Below are positions 53,801 through 64,000 of a stretch of DNA of 64,000 nucleotides, in pieces. A program made the position numbers and the translations under genes. Source of the stretch: a virus. The notes beneath the pieces were generated by a model, which saw nothing but the letters and a program-made list of their open reading frames with translations, ran no database searches and was not told the DNA's origin. The stretch is from positions 32,001-96,000 of the IMG/VR virus record IMGVR_UViG_3300025150_000003. The stretch is one strand, 5' to 3'. Each line of letters starts with the position of its first letter. Position 1 is the first letter of the stretch.

Positions 53801-56800
53801 GAAATTGAACACCGGGTTGGTCACGTCCGTGACATCGGTGAACAGGTGGTTGATGCCAGGCATGAATCCGGCAGATGTGGGCACCGTCCCAGCATTGAGC
53901 TGCCGGTAAGGAATGTCCTGGCGACCGAACCGAGGCATGAACTCAGGTGGGATCTCCACACCCATCTTCTTACCGGTGTTGGCCGTACCAGTCAGGATCG
54001 TGAGAGTGTCCTTGTTGACCGTGCTCGGGTAATCATAGCTGCCAAGCAGACAATCCGCCACTGGCCAGGTCAGAGCCTGAAGGGTCATGTCCCGGTTACG
54101 GAACGGCCGGAAGAGGACGGTCTTGGACCCTCGGTCCACGAAACACTCGTGCTCCCGGTCCTGCTCGGTGAACCCCACCACGGCCCCACCATAGGCGGGA
54201 GCATCCGGGGCGTGCCAACCGAGACCCGAGAGCCGGTTCCATGTCTGGATGTGAACCGTGGGCCAGTAGGTTTCATCCGTAGCAGTGCCGACTGGGAATG
54301 TCGTGTCGATGCCCGATGGAGCCCGACGCAGATAGGTGCCCAGAGTCTCTTCGGATCCACCCCGCATTGCGAAACGCACGAACTCATCAGGTACACGAGT
54401 CGTTGCCGACCGACCAGGATGGTAGAGCAGGGTGGTTGAAAGGACCATTTTACTGGGAGAGTAGTAGGGACCAATCCCACTTTCCCGCACAAGAAACAAC
54501 CCGGGTTCCAGGTTGTTCAATGCCCAGGGAGAGCCATCATAACCCTCACCACCAATGTCCGTCAGCACCACCATGAAGTCTGCCACCCGACCGGGGTAGG
54601 ACGAGACGTCATCAGCGTTGTGGTACTGGGACCGGAAGTCCACCGTGATCTCGTTGCCTGAGCCCGTGGCTGACCAGGTTGTAAAGTCCGCCGACAATGG
54701 CTCCAACACCAGCATCCCTGCCGCTGAACCTGAATGCTCGGTGTACCCGGCAGTGCCCGCCCCGATGACCCGGAAGGCCCCATTGTTGTTGCGCCCCGTG
54801 GGGTCCCCAAATGTCACGATGTAGACTTCGGAGGAGGCACCTGAGATGTCCTGGCCGTTGTTCGTCAGCATCCCGTACAGGGTACGCTCACCCCTGAGCA
54901 GGGGCTCAGATACCGCCGTGGGGTCGTTCTGGAAGACCCCACTCAGGTCCTTGTGATAGAACACCCCATCAGTGTCGAAGTCGATACCCTTACCAGTCAG
55001 GTCAAGGTAATGCCGTGTGATCCCATAGCCACCAACATCAGCCACCGACGTAAGGTTCGAGACATTGACAGCCGGGATGCGGAGGGTGGACTTCAGCAAT
55101 CCGCCAAGCACGATGAATGGGCTCTCAAAACGGGACTCCCGCCAGGGATACATTGGACCGGGGTAGCCAGCACGGTCCACATCGGGCAATGCTGCGGGAG
55201 GAGCCGTGGTCAGGTACTCATCAAGAAACCTGAGCGTGACAGGGTGCTGGTTACCGTTGTTCGAGTTGGCGACGGGGTAGCCGGACTTCCAGAACTCCTG
55301 AGGAGTCACGAACCGGACGTCCTCAACACCACTGTCTCGGAACGTCCCCCGAGCACCACCTACGCCAGTGGAGCCACCGATGAAAAGGTGAACCGAGGAG
55401 CCGTTGTACCACCCAGCGGATAGACCACCGGTGTTCAAGAACCCAATGGGCTTGAGGTCTGCCCCCACATCCCACTGCACGTTGGCGTCGAACCCGGTAT
55501 TGGTGAACCCCACCAGCCCGGTGGCGTCCCGAGTGGCGGTCTCGTCGAGCAACAGAGTCACATCCGGCTGGATGGTGGCTGCGTCCGACCAGATGGTGCG
55601 GATCCCGTCAGGGCCATCTACAGGATCGGTCTGGTTGGGATGATCCACACCCCCGGCGTACATCTCACAGACCTCATGAACGACAGGGCCTTCGGTGACA
55701 CCAGGATTTGACTCCTTCCAGGCCGTCCGCAGGGTGCCCTTGGCCAGTGCTGCTACGTTGTGGGTCAGCAGCCGAGTGTAGTCCCAGTCGCCCGGGTTCA
55801 CAGCCCGCCGCAGGTCCAACACATCCTGTGAGGCGATCTCATCGGCGTACAGTCCGTCAGGACGAGTGTTGAACTGAGTGATGAGAGCACCCGTCAGGTG
55901 CCCCACCGCTGCCGTGCCCCACCGTCCCCGCCCACCGGCTGGGATGGTGATGGTCCCACCAAGCAGGTCCACCGCCGAGATGCCAACGATCTCATCGTCG
56001 ATACGGAGAAACACACCCGAGAGGACGTGGGCAGTGTCTTCCAACCCACAACCGTTGAGGTTCGTGACCGCGATCGTGAAGTTTGCCAGCTTGCCATCAT
56101 CCGGCCCCAGCATGGCTCCCAGCTCTGCCTGGAGCAGAGGCACCACTCCGGCCAGGGTGGACACACCTGGTGTGCGGAGGGTGGCCCCGTTCTGCTCTGC
56201 GTTGCCGGCTGCCTTGGCAGAGATGTAAGTCTGGCTGTTGCGGCGGAACACCGCACAGATCGGGATCGCGTAGGTGTAGCCGTCGATGGTTCCCAGTGCG
56301 TTATTCGGGTCTCCATCCCCAGCACGCCACAGGGACGTGTCCCCGAGGGACTCCCGCATATTGACCCACGTCATCCCTGCCACAGGGGCAGTGGTGTTGG
56401 CTCCCTGGCCAAGAATGTTGGGGTCCCCGAGCCCGTCCGGGTGGACGGCCAGGTTCACGCCAGCGCCACCCCCCAGGCCGGAGCCATAGACGCGGAGGCG
56501 GTACTGAACTTGAACCCGCTTGGTCGTCTCGGATCCCACGGTGGGATCTTCAAGATCGTCGGTGAGGTTCGTGCCTCCGTGCTTGACGTTGCCGTACTTC
56601 CAGATGGTCGCGACAGTGGGCTTGTTCAGGGTCGAGGGGTTCGGCTGCACCGTGGAGGACCAGGCCTCCAGGAACACGAAGTCGGTACGAGCATCAGATC
56701 CCGGCGGGGGGTAGAGCTTGATGACGTTGTGGACAGCAGCGGCCTCGGTGATGTCCGTCCCGGCGACCGGAATGATCCAGCCGTTGACGTTGGCCCACAC

Positions 56801-57097
56801 GATCGGCTGAGTCTCGTTCGCATCAAGAGACCCCGTGGCACCTCGCGGCACGCCAAGGTGGAAGTGGTTGGCCCACAGCTTGTTGAACTTGAAATCGAGC
56901 TGTGCCCTGGTGGGGTCCATCAAGAACCCAGACGGCATCAGACCTGCGACATACTGCCGCAGGCGCTCCTGCTCGGAGGCGGACATCAGGTTCAGCTCGG
57001 CATCCAGCGGAGGCTTGCCCTTCTGCCAAATGACGGCGGCCCAGGCCCGATCGATCGGGCTCATGGTGCGTGAAATGCCGGTTCCGTAGTCAAGCAT
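50870..57097 (-). CDS. very large virion structural (baseplate/tail) protein, 2075 aa
   Basis: Q.GKP.LDAELN N-terminal motif, G/T/V-rich beta composition, structural gene context. Confidence 0.7.
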   Translation of the reverse strand: MLDYGTGISRTMSPIDRAWAAVIWQKGKPPLDAELNLMSASEQERLRQYVAGLMPSGFLMDPTRAQLDFKFNKLWANHFHLGVPRGATGSLDANETQPIVWANVNGWIIPVAGTDITEAAAVHNVIKLYPPPGSDARTDFVFLEAWSSTVQPNPSTLNKPTVATIWKYGNVKHGGTNLTDDLEDPTVGSETTKRVQVQYRLRVYGSGLGGGAGVNLAVHPDGLGDPNILGQGANTTAPVAGMTWVNMRESLGDTSLWRAGDGDPNNALGTIDGYTYAIPICAVFRRNSQTYISAKAAGNAEQNGATLRTPGVSTLAGVVPLLQAELGAMLGPDDGKLANFTIAVTNLNGCGLEDTAHVLSGVFLRIDDEIVGISAVDLLGGTITIPAGGRGRWGTAAVGHLTGALITQFNTRPDGLYADEIASQDVLDLRRAVNPGDWDYTRLLTHNVAALAKGTLRTAWKESNPGVTEGPVVHEVCEMYAGGVDHPNQTDPVDGPDGIRTIWSDAATIQPDVTLLLDETATRDATGLVGFTNTGFDANVQWDVGADLKPIGFLNTGGLSAGWYNGSSVHLFIGGSTGVGGARGTFRDSGVEDVRFVTPQEFWKSGYPVANSNNGNQHPVTLRFLDEYLTTAPPAALPDVDRAGYPGPMYPWRESRFESPFIVLGGLLKSTLRIPAVNVSNLTSVADVGGYGITRHYLDLTGKGIDFDTDGVFYHKDLSGVFQNDPTAVSEPLLRGERTLYGMLTNNGQDISGASSEVYIVTFGDPTGRNNNGAFRVIGAGTAGYTEHSGSAAGMLVLEPLSADFTTWSATGSGNEITVDFRSQYHNADDVSSYPGRVADFMVVLTDIGGEGYDGSPWALNNLEPGLFLVRESGIGPYYSPSKMVLSTTLLYHPGRSATTRVPDEFVRFAMRGGSEETLGTYLRRAPSGIDTTFPVGTATDETYWPTVHIQTWNRLSGLGWHAPDAPAYGGAVVGFTEQDREHECFVDRGSKTVLFRPFRNRDMTLQALTWPVADCLLGSYDYPSTVNKDTLTILTGTANTGKKMGVEIPPEFMPRFGRQDIPYRQLNAGTVPTSAGFMPGINHLFTDVTDVTNPVFNFIGGERNAGGSEVNSLFLVTRASEIAYASTNATYGPKAVGAYGARKTTDLNPLAGQNTRDVIAALAAVNSSDLGRGLKGIQMPPYMGIARLYGVYEFDDYVAKGGTAFKSNRYEMELNPAINLLREDADQQSLFILRDGAKDLTEETGDHTYIIPSNVLDLTRVPTYVENVSVFEDFDYVVECTVFFFAKGFIDTCNIVLMRDRDGSFNQNVDGDDAEFENVPMCIPSPAGVNDRLYSAYNRTVYQGDPFMSRDGDTRQTADYENRYGRLSPSQANLLRTAVQQFDSAGDFMPQMANERAFEVLASMDFYTTLGTGKISGALFPGTSLDVGNIQADLLSATRMPLESTSNDWRIQVRSFTEGQKENSSRARATVEILSAQSMVQAHTYDDAFYVRFILLDGSVVTLYGSTAVFGATLVLAGVDPDDIFQEDEFSDITETVLAQEVVNLGIVSAGGIASVNVPMTFAAIGDGVILNPLTTPVAALFDATVTTPGFVTVRARNVYPAIPFDQLSDLQPIKTINVTQAEIGSVGAGSVTEVAKAFTGAQVGDVVVVNPPDIATMLTGFVVDGRVVAPDTIIITFRNQTTGALTLTPASINLDVAVLHETNLAAYDVDLSAAVFDIRLVKNSPSNKKTADGLVTCINANTKLQRTVTAYNDGTPKVTIEAVPTGAEGNGVRIEVGREKFGATIGTDPGLLLTSTFRLGIPFSNEPPVGHQTTATNLFGGVDLPVNAGNGTSQVALAGMTERLPLGVLVQDNDFLSENPLGDTSSAMTSWPAPLRPIQTLMPLTGGGEEYSRFMGAPGELVAMADVLVAPYSWAAWTDTAPVGATKKFRIYRGGGAAYVLSGDNPGGPLDWVSESFPKSAAPVVKGGVLACRAMLVRNYYEEAFAGGSLAKTSDGDEIQMVILTYAHLGNGMTVQEGMTLDGIISPSGYGEGYAAADRYRCMGRPMFRGYSRAVPDPAAVTLAVYPETLRGT

Positions 57098-57110
57098 GTT
57101 CAGTCCGCCT

Positions 57111-57932
57111 TCAGAACAGCAGCGCGAAGCTGGCCAAGAACATCTTACTGGTCGTGTCGTTGCGGAACGCCAGTCTTACTGAGGTCGTCTTGCTCGCGTA
57201 GAAGACAGGCTCCAACAAGTTGACCTCAGTCCAGGTAGTCCCGTTATCGGGGGTCAGGTAGACGGTGAGACCCACAGGTTCTTGGTCCGTCTCCTTCAAC
57301 TGTCGTAGAGCCGGACTATTGACCCCGGCGTACAACCCCTCGTCTGCTGCGATGTCTTCGGTGACGTTGAAATCGTAGAGTTTCCAGTAGACTGCGAACT
57401 CATCAGCCCCAACCGTGTCCCCAGTGCAATTGAGGGTGTACAGGCTGAGATCGATCTCATTGGTGATGATGAGGCCAGGCCTCACCGGTGTCATCGTGTC
57501 ATTCTGAGCCAGGATGGCCGTGTGGGTGGGCATCTGACCATCAGCCGGTGCTGCCGCAACCTCACGCCCGGTCTGGAAGCGGGGGAAGAACAGGTCAACC
57601 CCATCCGTGAGCCAAAAACTCTGATCCAGCACCAACTCGGCGACGTGGTCGGAAGTGAGCAGCGGGTTGAAGTACACGTTGCCGTACTGCGGATACAGAG
57701 CGAGCAGGTGAGCGTACCCCTTGCTCGCCACGTCCCCGCCATCGATCTCCCCTGCCCCATCGAGCACATAGTCGGTGAGGGTGATCGGGAACTCCACATC
57801 CAAGGGCAGAGGGATGGCGTACTTCCCGTTGATGGACACAGCCCCATCGGACCCAATCACGGGGTCGGCCTGTGCCTGGATGATCGCGGGGGCACCAGCC
57901 AGATGGCTTCGTAGGTCTACGAGGAGCCTCAT
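57111..57932 (-). CDS. putative virion structural protein
   Basis: VYLTPDNGTTW...VRLAF; between giant structural genes. Confidence 0.6.
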   Translation of the reverse strand: MRLLVDLRSHLAGAPAIIQAQADPVIGSDGAVSINGKYAIPLPLDVEFPITLTDYVLDGAGEIDGGDVASKGYAHLLALYPQYGNVYFNPLLTSDHVAELVLDQSFWLTDGVDLFFPRFQTGREVAAAPADGQMPTHTAILAQNDTMTPVRPGLIITNEIDLSLYTLNCTGDTVGADEFAVYWKLYDFNVTEDIAADEGLYAGVNSPALRQLKETDQEPVGLTVYLTPDNGTTWTEVNLLEPVFYASKTTSVRLAFRNDTTSKMFLASFALLF

Positions 57933-57935
57933 GGG

Positions 57936-60900
57936 CTAGTCCTCCACGTTGTTGGAGTTGGCGGTGGCTGTACCGGGGGCAACGTTGAACACAGTGGCCA
58001 AGTTGTCTACCTTGTTGCCCACGGCCACCTGACCCACCGTGGGAGCAGCAGCAGGAACCGCACTGTTGATGGAGGCCGTCCGGTTACCCACGATAACACC
58101 TGTATTGGTGGCTGCGGCTCCCGCGTTTACCAGAAGGTCACCGGTGATCAGGTTACCCACGACCACGTAATTGTCTGATCCTGTGAGGTCCACAGAGGCC
58201 GCAGCCCCCACGGAGGTCCCCACCCAGTTCCCCTGGAACACCACCTGGTCGGAGTTGTTCAAGGTAACGGCACCCGCACACCTGTTGCCTTGGACGGTCG
58301 TGCGAAGAACAGCCTGGATCGACAAAGTGTCCAAGCAAAAGTTGCCCGTAAAGGTGCCGTTGTCCATCCCCCCAAAGGAGGTAGCTGCATCGAAGTGGTT
58401 GTTGCTGATGACGGGTTGGGAACAAACCGAAGGCAGAGTCCACGTCACGGCCCCCGTGAAGTGATTGCTCGTGATCTCGTAGACGAAATCCCCCGCCCCG
58501 CCCTCGAATGCCACGGCCCCAACGACATCATTCCCACGGATCACGATAGAAGTGCAGCCCGAGGTCGTGAATGTCCCCTGGACTTGATTATCGAGGAACT
58601 TGCATTTGCTGGAACTGGACAGCACAGCATCTCCAGCAACATGGTTCCCCGAGAACAGGCAGTAGTCTCCCTGACCGAACAGGGAGAAGCTCATGACGTT
58701 GTTCTCACAAACGCTCGACCCCCCCAAGAAGTTGAGGGAGTAGATGTTGGGAGAACCTGACTCCTTCTCCTTGCCACCAATCACGTTGCCCCGAATGGTG
58801 CTGTACTGACCCTCGAACCAGATCCCACCACCATCGGCCCCGTCGTTTTGAACCACGTTGTCACAGACGACGAAGTTCTGAGCGCCGGCACCCCCACCAT
58901 CGGTGAAATGCAAGGTCGTGACCGACACCTGATTCTTGCAGAAGATGGTTCCCACACCGTCGATTTCCAGCATCAACCCAGCAGCGGACTGTGTGAGATG
59001 GTTCCCAAGGAAGCTGTTGTAGTTGCCCGCGAGAGTAATGTCTGCCTGAATTCCGATCTGGCAGCCCTCGAAGCGGTTGCGCTCAGCATCCACCCCCGAG
59101 TCCTGGAAACCATTAAGGAAATAGCAACCAATGAACGAGCAATCGCTCCCGAGCGTCACCCGTCCGTTGAAAGCAACTGTGACCGCGCCGAAGGTGACGT
59201 TGCTGAAGAAGTTGAAGGACCCCACAAGGATGGGGTCGTTGCCGAGGAACTGGTCTCCTTCATAGGACCCGTACTGTCCTGTAGCGACCAGGCTCTCGAA
59301 CCAGTTCGAGTTGGTCTGAACCTGATCTCCATTCACGATCAGGTAGCCACCAACTGTTGCACGATTGAAGGACACCACGGAGTAGTCCCCTACTCCAATG
59401 TTGTAGTCCACCTCGTTTCCGAGGATCTCGGCTCCGATACCCTGACTGTCAATCGCCAGATCATTGAGCACACCACCTGAGAGTGTGACCTTGTTGTGGA
59501 GGACCTTCGCGTAGGTGCCCGTGGTTGTGACACCCATCTTCGGAGCTGCCAGGGTGTAGACCGAAACCAACCTGCTGTTCTGCAAACTGCTATAGGGACA
59601 TCCCAGGTAGACGCCTTGCTCATCCGTGTCTGAGATGGTGCAGTTGTCGATCAGAATTGGACCCAACCCATCTGCAAAGACCCCGGTATCCCCACCTGTC
59701 AGGATGGTGTCCCGCACTGTCCAACCGATACACTGGCCAGCATGGATGATCCCGTAGGGCGTCATCAGGCCCAGAGCGGGACCCGGGGCATCCGTACTCT
59801 TGCGGGCGGTGAAGTTACAGTGCTCGATGAGCACGCGATCTGATGTGTCTACCGCACTGTCCACATAGATCGCGGTGTCGGTCAGATCCAGAGCGGTGCA
59901 ATTCCGAAACAGGAGGTTGCTCACCCCGAACGTGGGGCCGAAGCCACCAGGGTGGAACAAGAAACTGTGGGCCGGTCCAGCCAGGGTGAGGTTCTCGAAG
60001 ACGATGTTCGATGCGAGCCCACTGTCCACCACGAACAGGTTCCGGTTGGTGGTGGAACCGAGGTCAGGAGCAGCCTGGTCATCAAACCGGAAAGCCACAT
60101 CCCGGATAATCCAGTCCGAGCACCCATTCAAGTTGAACAGAGAGGGTGCGTCACCCCTCCAGGTGACCTCGTAGGAGGTGCCTACAGATCCATCCCCACG
60201 CCGACCAGCCCCCTCGATGATGAGGCCGCTGATGGCGAAGTTCATCGGGAGCTTGGTGATGTCCTCTTCCGTCGGGCCGATGATCTTGATGCGGCGGAAC
60301 TGGCCGTTCGAGACGTTCGTCGTCCGAGCGACGAACTCCACGGCATCCGCCAGCTCGTTGAAGTGAGCGTCCCCCGGCTGGTCATGGCCTGTGTATGCCC
60401 CCACTGTGATGTCGAGTCGCTTGTCTACGTCCACCAAAGGCTGGCGGAGATCGTAGTAGGCTAGGACAATCCCGAAACCATCCGGGGTGTACTCCCCGAC
60501 CAAGACATCGTTGGAAAGAGGTAGAGGAAGGGCGTTGGTGTAAGCGTACACCGGGCAGTAGGGATCCGTCCCGTCGATATAGACGTAGCCCTCAACTCCC
60601 AGGGTGGCATCCACCTGGAAGCTCTGGGCCGGCAGCACGGTGCGGACACCGGCGATGAGGACGGTCAGCTCAGCAAAGTCGAGGATGTCGTCTATGCCGA
60701 GGGGGGCCGTGGTCATCTCCCCACCCCGGATGACCCAAGAGGAGAACAGGTCCGCAAAGAGCTTCTCGTGGTCTGCTGTACGAGGGTCTGTGTGGTGGGC
60801 AAGAGAGTCCAGCAGGGACGCCCCCGGGACGCCCGGTAGGGCACCCTTGTCGATCTCCCCGACATTCGGCCCTGGGCCAACCAGCCCCGGCCCAATCAAC

Positions 60901-60980
60901 CCAGGACGTACCGTCGTGGCATCGGGGGCCATCTTGCCAGGACCAGTGTTCAGGGTCCCAGGGTTCAGGATCCGAGGCAT
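57936..60980 (-). CDS. tail spike/fibre-like protein with parallel beta-helix repeats
   Basis: Many GN/Asn-ladder repeats over the C-terminal ~700 aa. Confidence 0.7.
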   Translation of the reverse strand: MPRILNPGTLNTGPGKMAPDATTVRPGLIGPGLVGPGPNVGEIDKGALPGVPGASLLDSLAHHTDPRTADHEKLFADLFSSWVIRGGEMTTAPLGIDDILDFAELTVLIAGVRTVLPAQSFQVDATLGVEGYVYIDGTDPYCPVYAYTNALPLPLSNDVLVGEYTPDGFGIVLAYYDLRQPLVDVDKRLDITVGAYTGHDQPGDAHFNELADAVEFVARTTNVSNGQFRRIKIIGPTEEDITKLPMNFAISGLIIEGAGRRGDGSVGTSYEVTWRGDAPSLFNLNGCSDWIIRDVAFRFDDQAAPDLGSTTNRNLFVVDSGLASNIVFENLTLAGPAHSFLFHPGGFGPTFGVSNLLFRNCTALDLTDTAIYVDSAVDTSDRVLIEHCNFTARKSTDAPGPALGLMTPYGIIHAGQCIGWTVRDTILTGGDTGVFADGLGPILIDNCTISDTDEQGVYLGCPYSSLQNSRLVSVYTLAAPKMGVTTTGTYAKVLHNKVTLSGGVLNDLAIDSQGIGAEILGNEVDYNIGVGDYSVVSFNRATVGGYLIVNGDQVQTNSNWFESLVATGQYGSYEGDQFLGNDPILVGSFNFFSNVTFGAVTVAFNGRVTLGSDCSFIGCYFLNGFQDSGVDAERNRFEGCQIGIQADITLAGNYNSFLGNHLTQSAAGLMLEIDGVGTIFCKNQVSVTTLHFTDGGGAGAQNFVVCDNVVQNDGADGGGIWFEGQYSTIRGNVIGGKEKESGSPNIYSLNFLGGSSVCENNVMSFSLFGQGDYCLFSGNHVAGDAVLSSSSKCKFLDNQVQGTFTTSGCTSIVIRGNDVVGAVAFEGGAGDFVYEITSNHFTGAVTWTLPSVCSQPVISNNHFDAATSFGGMDNGTFTGNFCLDTLSIQAVLRTTVQGNRCAGAVTLNNSDQVVFQGNWVGTSVGAAASVDLTGSDNYVVVGNLITGDLLVNAGAAATNTGVIVGNRTASINSAVPAAAPTVGQVAVGNKVDNLATVFNVAPGTATANSNNVED

Positions 60981-63900
60981 GTACGACCTCCCACGGTCAG
61001 CAGCAGATTGCGGGTCCGGTAAACTGCCGCCAGGGTCCGGTTGTCCGCAATGGGGTCCACGAACCGGACGTTGTTCTCAGCGTCCAGCTCAGCAAACCGA
61101 GAGAGAACCACAAGGAGCAGCTCCGACTTGCGGAAGAGCAGGCCCCCGTCCACCCCAGGTACATCCGCCACAGCCCGAGCCAAGAAAGGCACGAAGCTCT
61201 TGTGTCGGGTTGCCCCGGACAAGGGTTGAGCCATCACGGTGGGTCGGTAGGCCGTATCATCGGCGAACGGGTAGTAGGCCCGGAACTCCGCATCCTGCCG
61301 GGGCTTCTCGGTGGCCCCTGCCCCACCGAGACTCAGGATGTCCTGCACGTCCTGCTGCACGAAAGCGTGCAGGTTGAGCAGGCCTGTAGAGGCATCGAAG
61401 TCGGCGACCGCAACCTCGGCTGTCGCCGCAAAGAACCATTCCTCGGTGGTGTCAGTCCCGTCGTTCAACGGAATCTGATCCAGAGGAGCGTTGTACGGGA
61501 AGGACTTGTCGCAGCCACCCATGCCGAGCTGGCCTGTCCAGACACTTGGGCTGGTCAGCAGAGGCTCCACCTGAAGGGTGGTGGGCAACGTCCCAGTTCC
61601 CGTCGAGGTGATGTCACCTTCCTTGGTCCCTGCCGTCTGCGGGGAGTTCGAGCGGAAGTAGTATGAGATCTGGTAGCCCGCACCGTTCACCCCGTAGTTC
61701 GGAATGGGGTCCTGAGCGAAGTAGGTGATGGTGCACAGCGTGTGACCCACACCGGAAAGGAGACCGGTGAGGGCCGTATCCAGCTCGATGATTCGGCTGG
61801 AGGAGCCCAACTCAGAATTCGCCACGTCCACAGTCATGGGCGACACAATGGGGGTGTCCTCTACAGACAAACCAAGCCCAGCCCCATTGCTCCAGACCCG
61901 CCGAGGGAATCGTAGAGTGTCCCGGTCGAGGGACACGATCTGCTCCACCGTGGTTGTACCAACAGGGTCTCCCGCCAGAGGAGCACCGTGGGCGATGGTG
62001 TCGTTGGCGATGTATTCGCTCTGGATCTCCCGGTAGGCCAGACGATAGCGGGCAGGGAGCAACAGTTCATAGTCCGCCGGACGCTGGAGGATGTCATTCT
62101 CGACCAGTGGGCCGGGTCCCGTCACCGTCAGCACGTCATCCGAGTAGACGGTGACGTCAGGATCCACCTCGAAGTCTACGGTGTCCGTCGTCCCCTCACC
62201 CACTGGATAGGTGATCTCCACCTCCAAGAAGATGCGACGAGGAGAACCATAGTCCGCCGGAGCAGCCAAGACACCCGAACCCGCCATCTTGTGCTCGATG
62301 TTGGGTCCAGCGATGGGTTGCCCCTCAGTGGTCAGGGTGTCATTGGCATCCAAGGTCAGTTCAAGATGCGTGGTCCCCAACCCCTTGATGATCCCGAACT
62401 GCACATTTTGGTTGGTTACCTGGTCATAGTGGCCGTCATCGTGCCACGCATTGAGCACGTCCGTGATGACCGTGCCCGTCGGTGCGAGCGCCAAGAAATT
62501 CTGGTCGGGCATCCCGACACCCGAGCCTCCACCACCGTCACCCGCCCCGTTGCGGCTGTCGAACAGGCCACCCAGCGTCGTTGCGTTCAGGAACTCCAGG
62601 TCCAGATGGAGTACGTCGCCCTCGTACCAGGTCGTCGCTGAGGCAACGTCCTTGGTCACATACTTGCCTGGGTTGTTCGTGCCCGGCAGGACAGCCACCC
62701 CATCCCGGTCGCCAGGCCAGTACCCAATCACCACCCGTTCTACGACGGGCTGGGCTCCAAAGCGACGAGCAATGTGGTCGTAACTGCGTACCAGTACGCC
62801 TCGGTCAGTGCTCTCGCCAGAGCCGGGTGCCCCGCCACCTTCTGCTATAGTGCGGCCGATCTCATTGCAGATCAGGTAGCGAGTCGAGACGTCACCCGAG
62901 GCTCCACCAAGAACCTGCTTGCTGGCGGTATCCACCGACCAGGTCCGTAGGCTGCCGTCCAGGAGACTCTGCACCTGGTACTGCAACTCGGTGGCCAGAT
63001 CGATGCCAGAGGGGACAACGTGACGCCGGAGATCGAGCAGGTTCTCCTGTGTGATGACATCGCAGAAGTGTCCATCAGGTCGGTCCGAAGCCCCTGCGGG
63101 AACTGCTCCCAGCACCCCAACGAACCCTGCGTGGTCGTACACCGGGGCGCCATTGGTGTTCGCCACTGGGTCAAACCCCAGGATGGCGGCCAACACGTCG
63201 CTGGCATCGTTGTGGCGATGCACGAACGCGATGGGGATGGCGTAGACGAACCCGTCGATGGCCCCAAGGGCCTGAGCAGCCGCCTCGGATCCGTCACCAG
63301 CCACGTACAGCCCATCGTCCTTCCACCCGAAATCCACTGCCGACGTATCGAGCCAGGTACTGGCCCCATCCGCAGGGACGAAGGGGAAGGACAAGGTGTC
63401 CACGCCGTTGCCTGTCCAGACAGGCACCGCACGGTTGCCTTGGGCGAACACAGCGGCATCGAGGGGTCCACCACCAGCAATGCGGCTGGAGAATCCATCG
63501 GGGTTGACTTTGTAGTTGATCGCCTCGGAATCGTCCGTGACTCGGACCCGGTACTGAAGCTGGATGCGCTGACTCGTCTCCGTGTTGGCAACTGGGTCAA
63601 AGATCTCATCGTCGAGCCACACAGGCGACGGGGAGAGCACGTTGCCGTGCCGGAAAATCTGACCCTGTGACGTAGTCGGCTTGTTCGGGCGGTCCTCACC
63701 ACCGGTGAACAGAGCCCCCGAGACAGTCATGCACCCCACCGTCCCCACGGTGACAGACAAGGTGATGAAGTTGCCTGTGAACAAGAGGGCAGAGCCCGCT
63801 CCGGGCTCTACCGCCGTCAAGTTCACGTCACTGCCAGAATCCACCGCTGTCACGATGGTGGCGAAGGAGTTGCCCACGTCGTTGATGGCCGTCGCGATGT

Positions 63901-64000
63901 TCGTGGCCGTTGCGGTCTCTGTACCACCGATCACGAACTCATCAACTCCAGGAGGACCCACTGCGATGGCCGTCAACGGCAGAGAGTTGATGGAGATGAT
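60965..64000 (-). CDS. large virion structural protein (5' end outside window), paralog of 50870..57097
   Basis: Frame open to window edge; shared motifs ET..R.Q.QYR.RV, AGDG...LG.IDG..YAIPI, RPDG...D.I....LDLRR. Confidence 0.7.
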   Translation of the reverse strand: MISINSLPLTAIAVGPPGVDEFVIGGTETATATNIATAINDVGNSFATIVTAVDSGSDVNLTAVEPGAGSALLFTGNFITLSVTVGTVGCMTVSGALFTGGEDRPNKPTTSQGQIFRHGNVLSPSPVWLDDEIFDPVANTETSQRIQLQYRVRVTDDSEAINYKVNPDGFSSRIAGGGPLDAAVFAQGNRAVPVWTGNGVDTLSFPFVPADGASTWLDTSAVDFGWKDDGLYVAGDGSEAAAQALGAIDGFVYAIPIAFVHRHNDASDVLAAILGFDPVANTNGAPVYDHAGFVGVLGAVPAGASDRPDGHFCDVITQENLLDLRRHVVPSGIDLATELQYQVQSLLDGSLRTWSVDTASKQVLGGASGDVSTRYLICNEIGRTIAEGGGAPGSGESTDRGVLVRSYDHIARRFGAQPVVERVVIGYWPGDRDGVAVLPGTNNPGKYVTKDVASATTWYEGDVLHLDLEFLNATTLGGLFDSRNGAGDGGGGSGVGMPDQNFLALAPTGTVITDVLNAWHDDGHYDQVTNQNVQFGIIKGLGTTHLELTLDANDTLTTEGQPIAGPNIEHKMAGSGVLAAPADYGSPRRIFLEVEITYPVGEGTTDTVDFEVDPDVTVYSDDVLTVTGPGPLVENDILQRPADYELLLPARYRLAYREIQSEYIANDTIAHGAPLAGDPVGTTTVEQIVSLDRDTLRFPRRVWSNGAGLGLSVEDTPIVSPMTVDVANSELGSSSRIIELDTALTGLLSGVGHTLCTITYFAQDPIPNYGVNGAGYQISYYFRSNSPQTAGTKEGDITSTGTGTLPTTLQVEPLLTSPSVWTGQLGMGGCDKSFPYNAPLDQIPLNDGTDTTEEWFFAATAEVAVADFDASTGLLNLHAFVQQDVQDILSLGGAGATEKPRQDAEFRAYYPFADDTAYRPTVMAQPLSGATRHKSFVPFLARAVADVPGVDGGLLFRKSELLLVVLSRFAELDAENNVRFVDPIADNRTLAAVYRTRNLLLTVGGRTCLGS

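Noticed and set aside
1-64000. Stop-codon reassignment
   Set aside because: Conserved genes are full length in the standard code and TAG/TGA/TAA all end genes next to downstream starts

Overview
GC-rich, densely coded segment of what is most likely a large (jumbo-type) tailed dsDNA phage genome; most genes are on the minus strand. It carries nucleotide-metabolism genes (deoxynucleoside kinase, thymidine kinase, MazG-like, PhoH, degenerate glutamine synthetase) and a replication module (family A DNA polymerase, stand-alone primase Zn finger, intein-containing DnaB-like helicase, DnaC-like protein, SNF2 helicase, DEDDh exonuclease). It also has nucleic-acid end-repair enzymes, a DNA methyltransferase cluster, free-standing HNH and GIY-YIG endonucleases, a possible lysis cluster, islands of small genes, and very large virion/tail proteins at the right end. 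Most notable observations: (1) an intein in a DNA methyltransferase whose HNH endonuclease is overprinted in the +1 frame with its own Shine-Dalgarno; (2) that methyltransferase is split into two genes in permuted order; (3) a ~190-nt tRNA-shaped ncRNA with no anticodon loop and a ~105-nt 'variable arm'; (4) two fixed-spacing promoter-like motifs, GGGCTCAAC-N14-CGTAGTAG (14 copies) and CCTAT-N11-RGTRG (5 copies). All family calls are motif recognition by eye; no searches were run.
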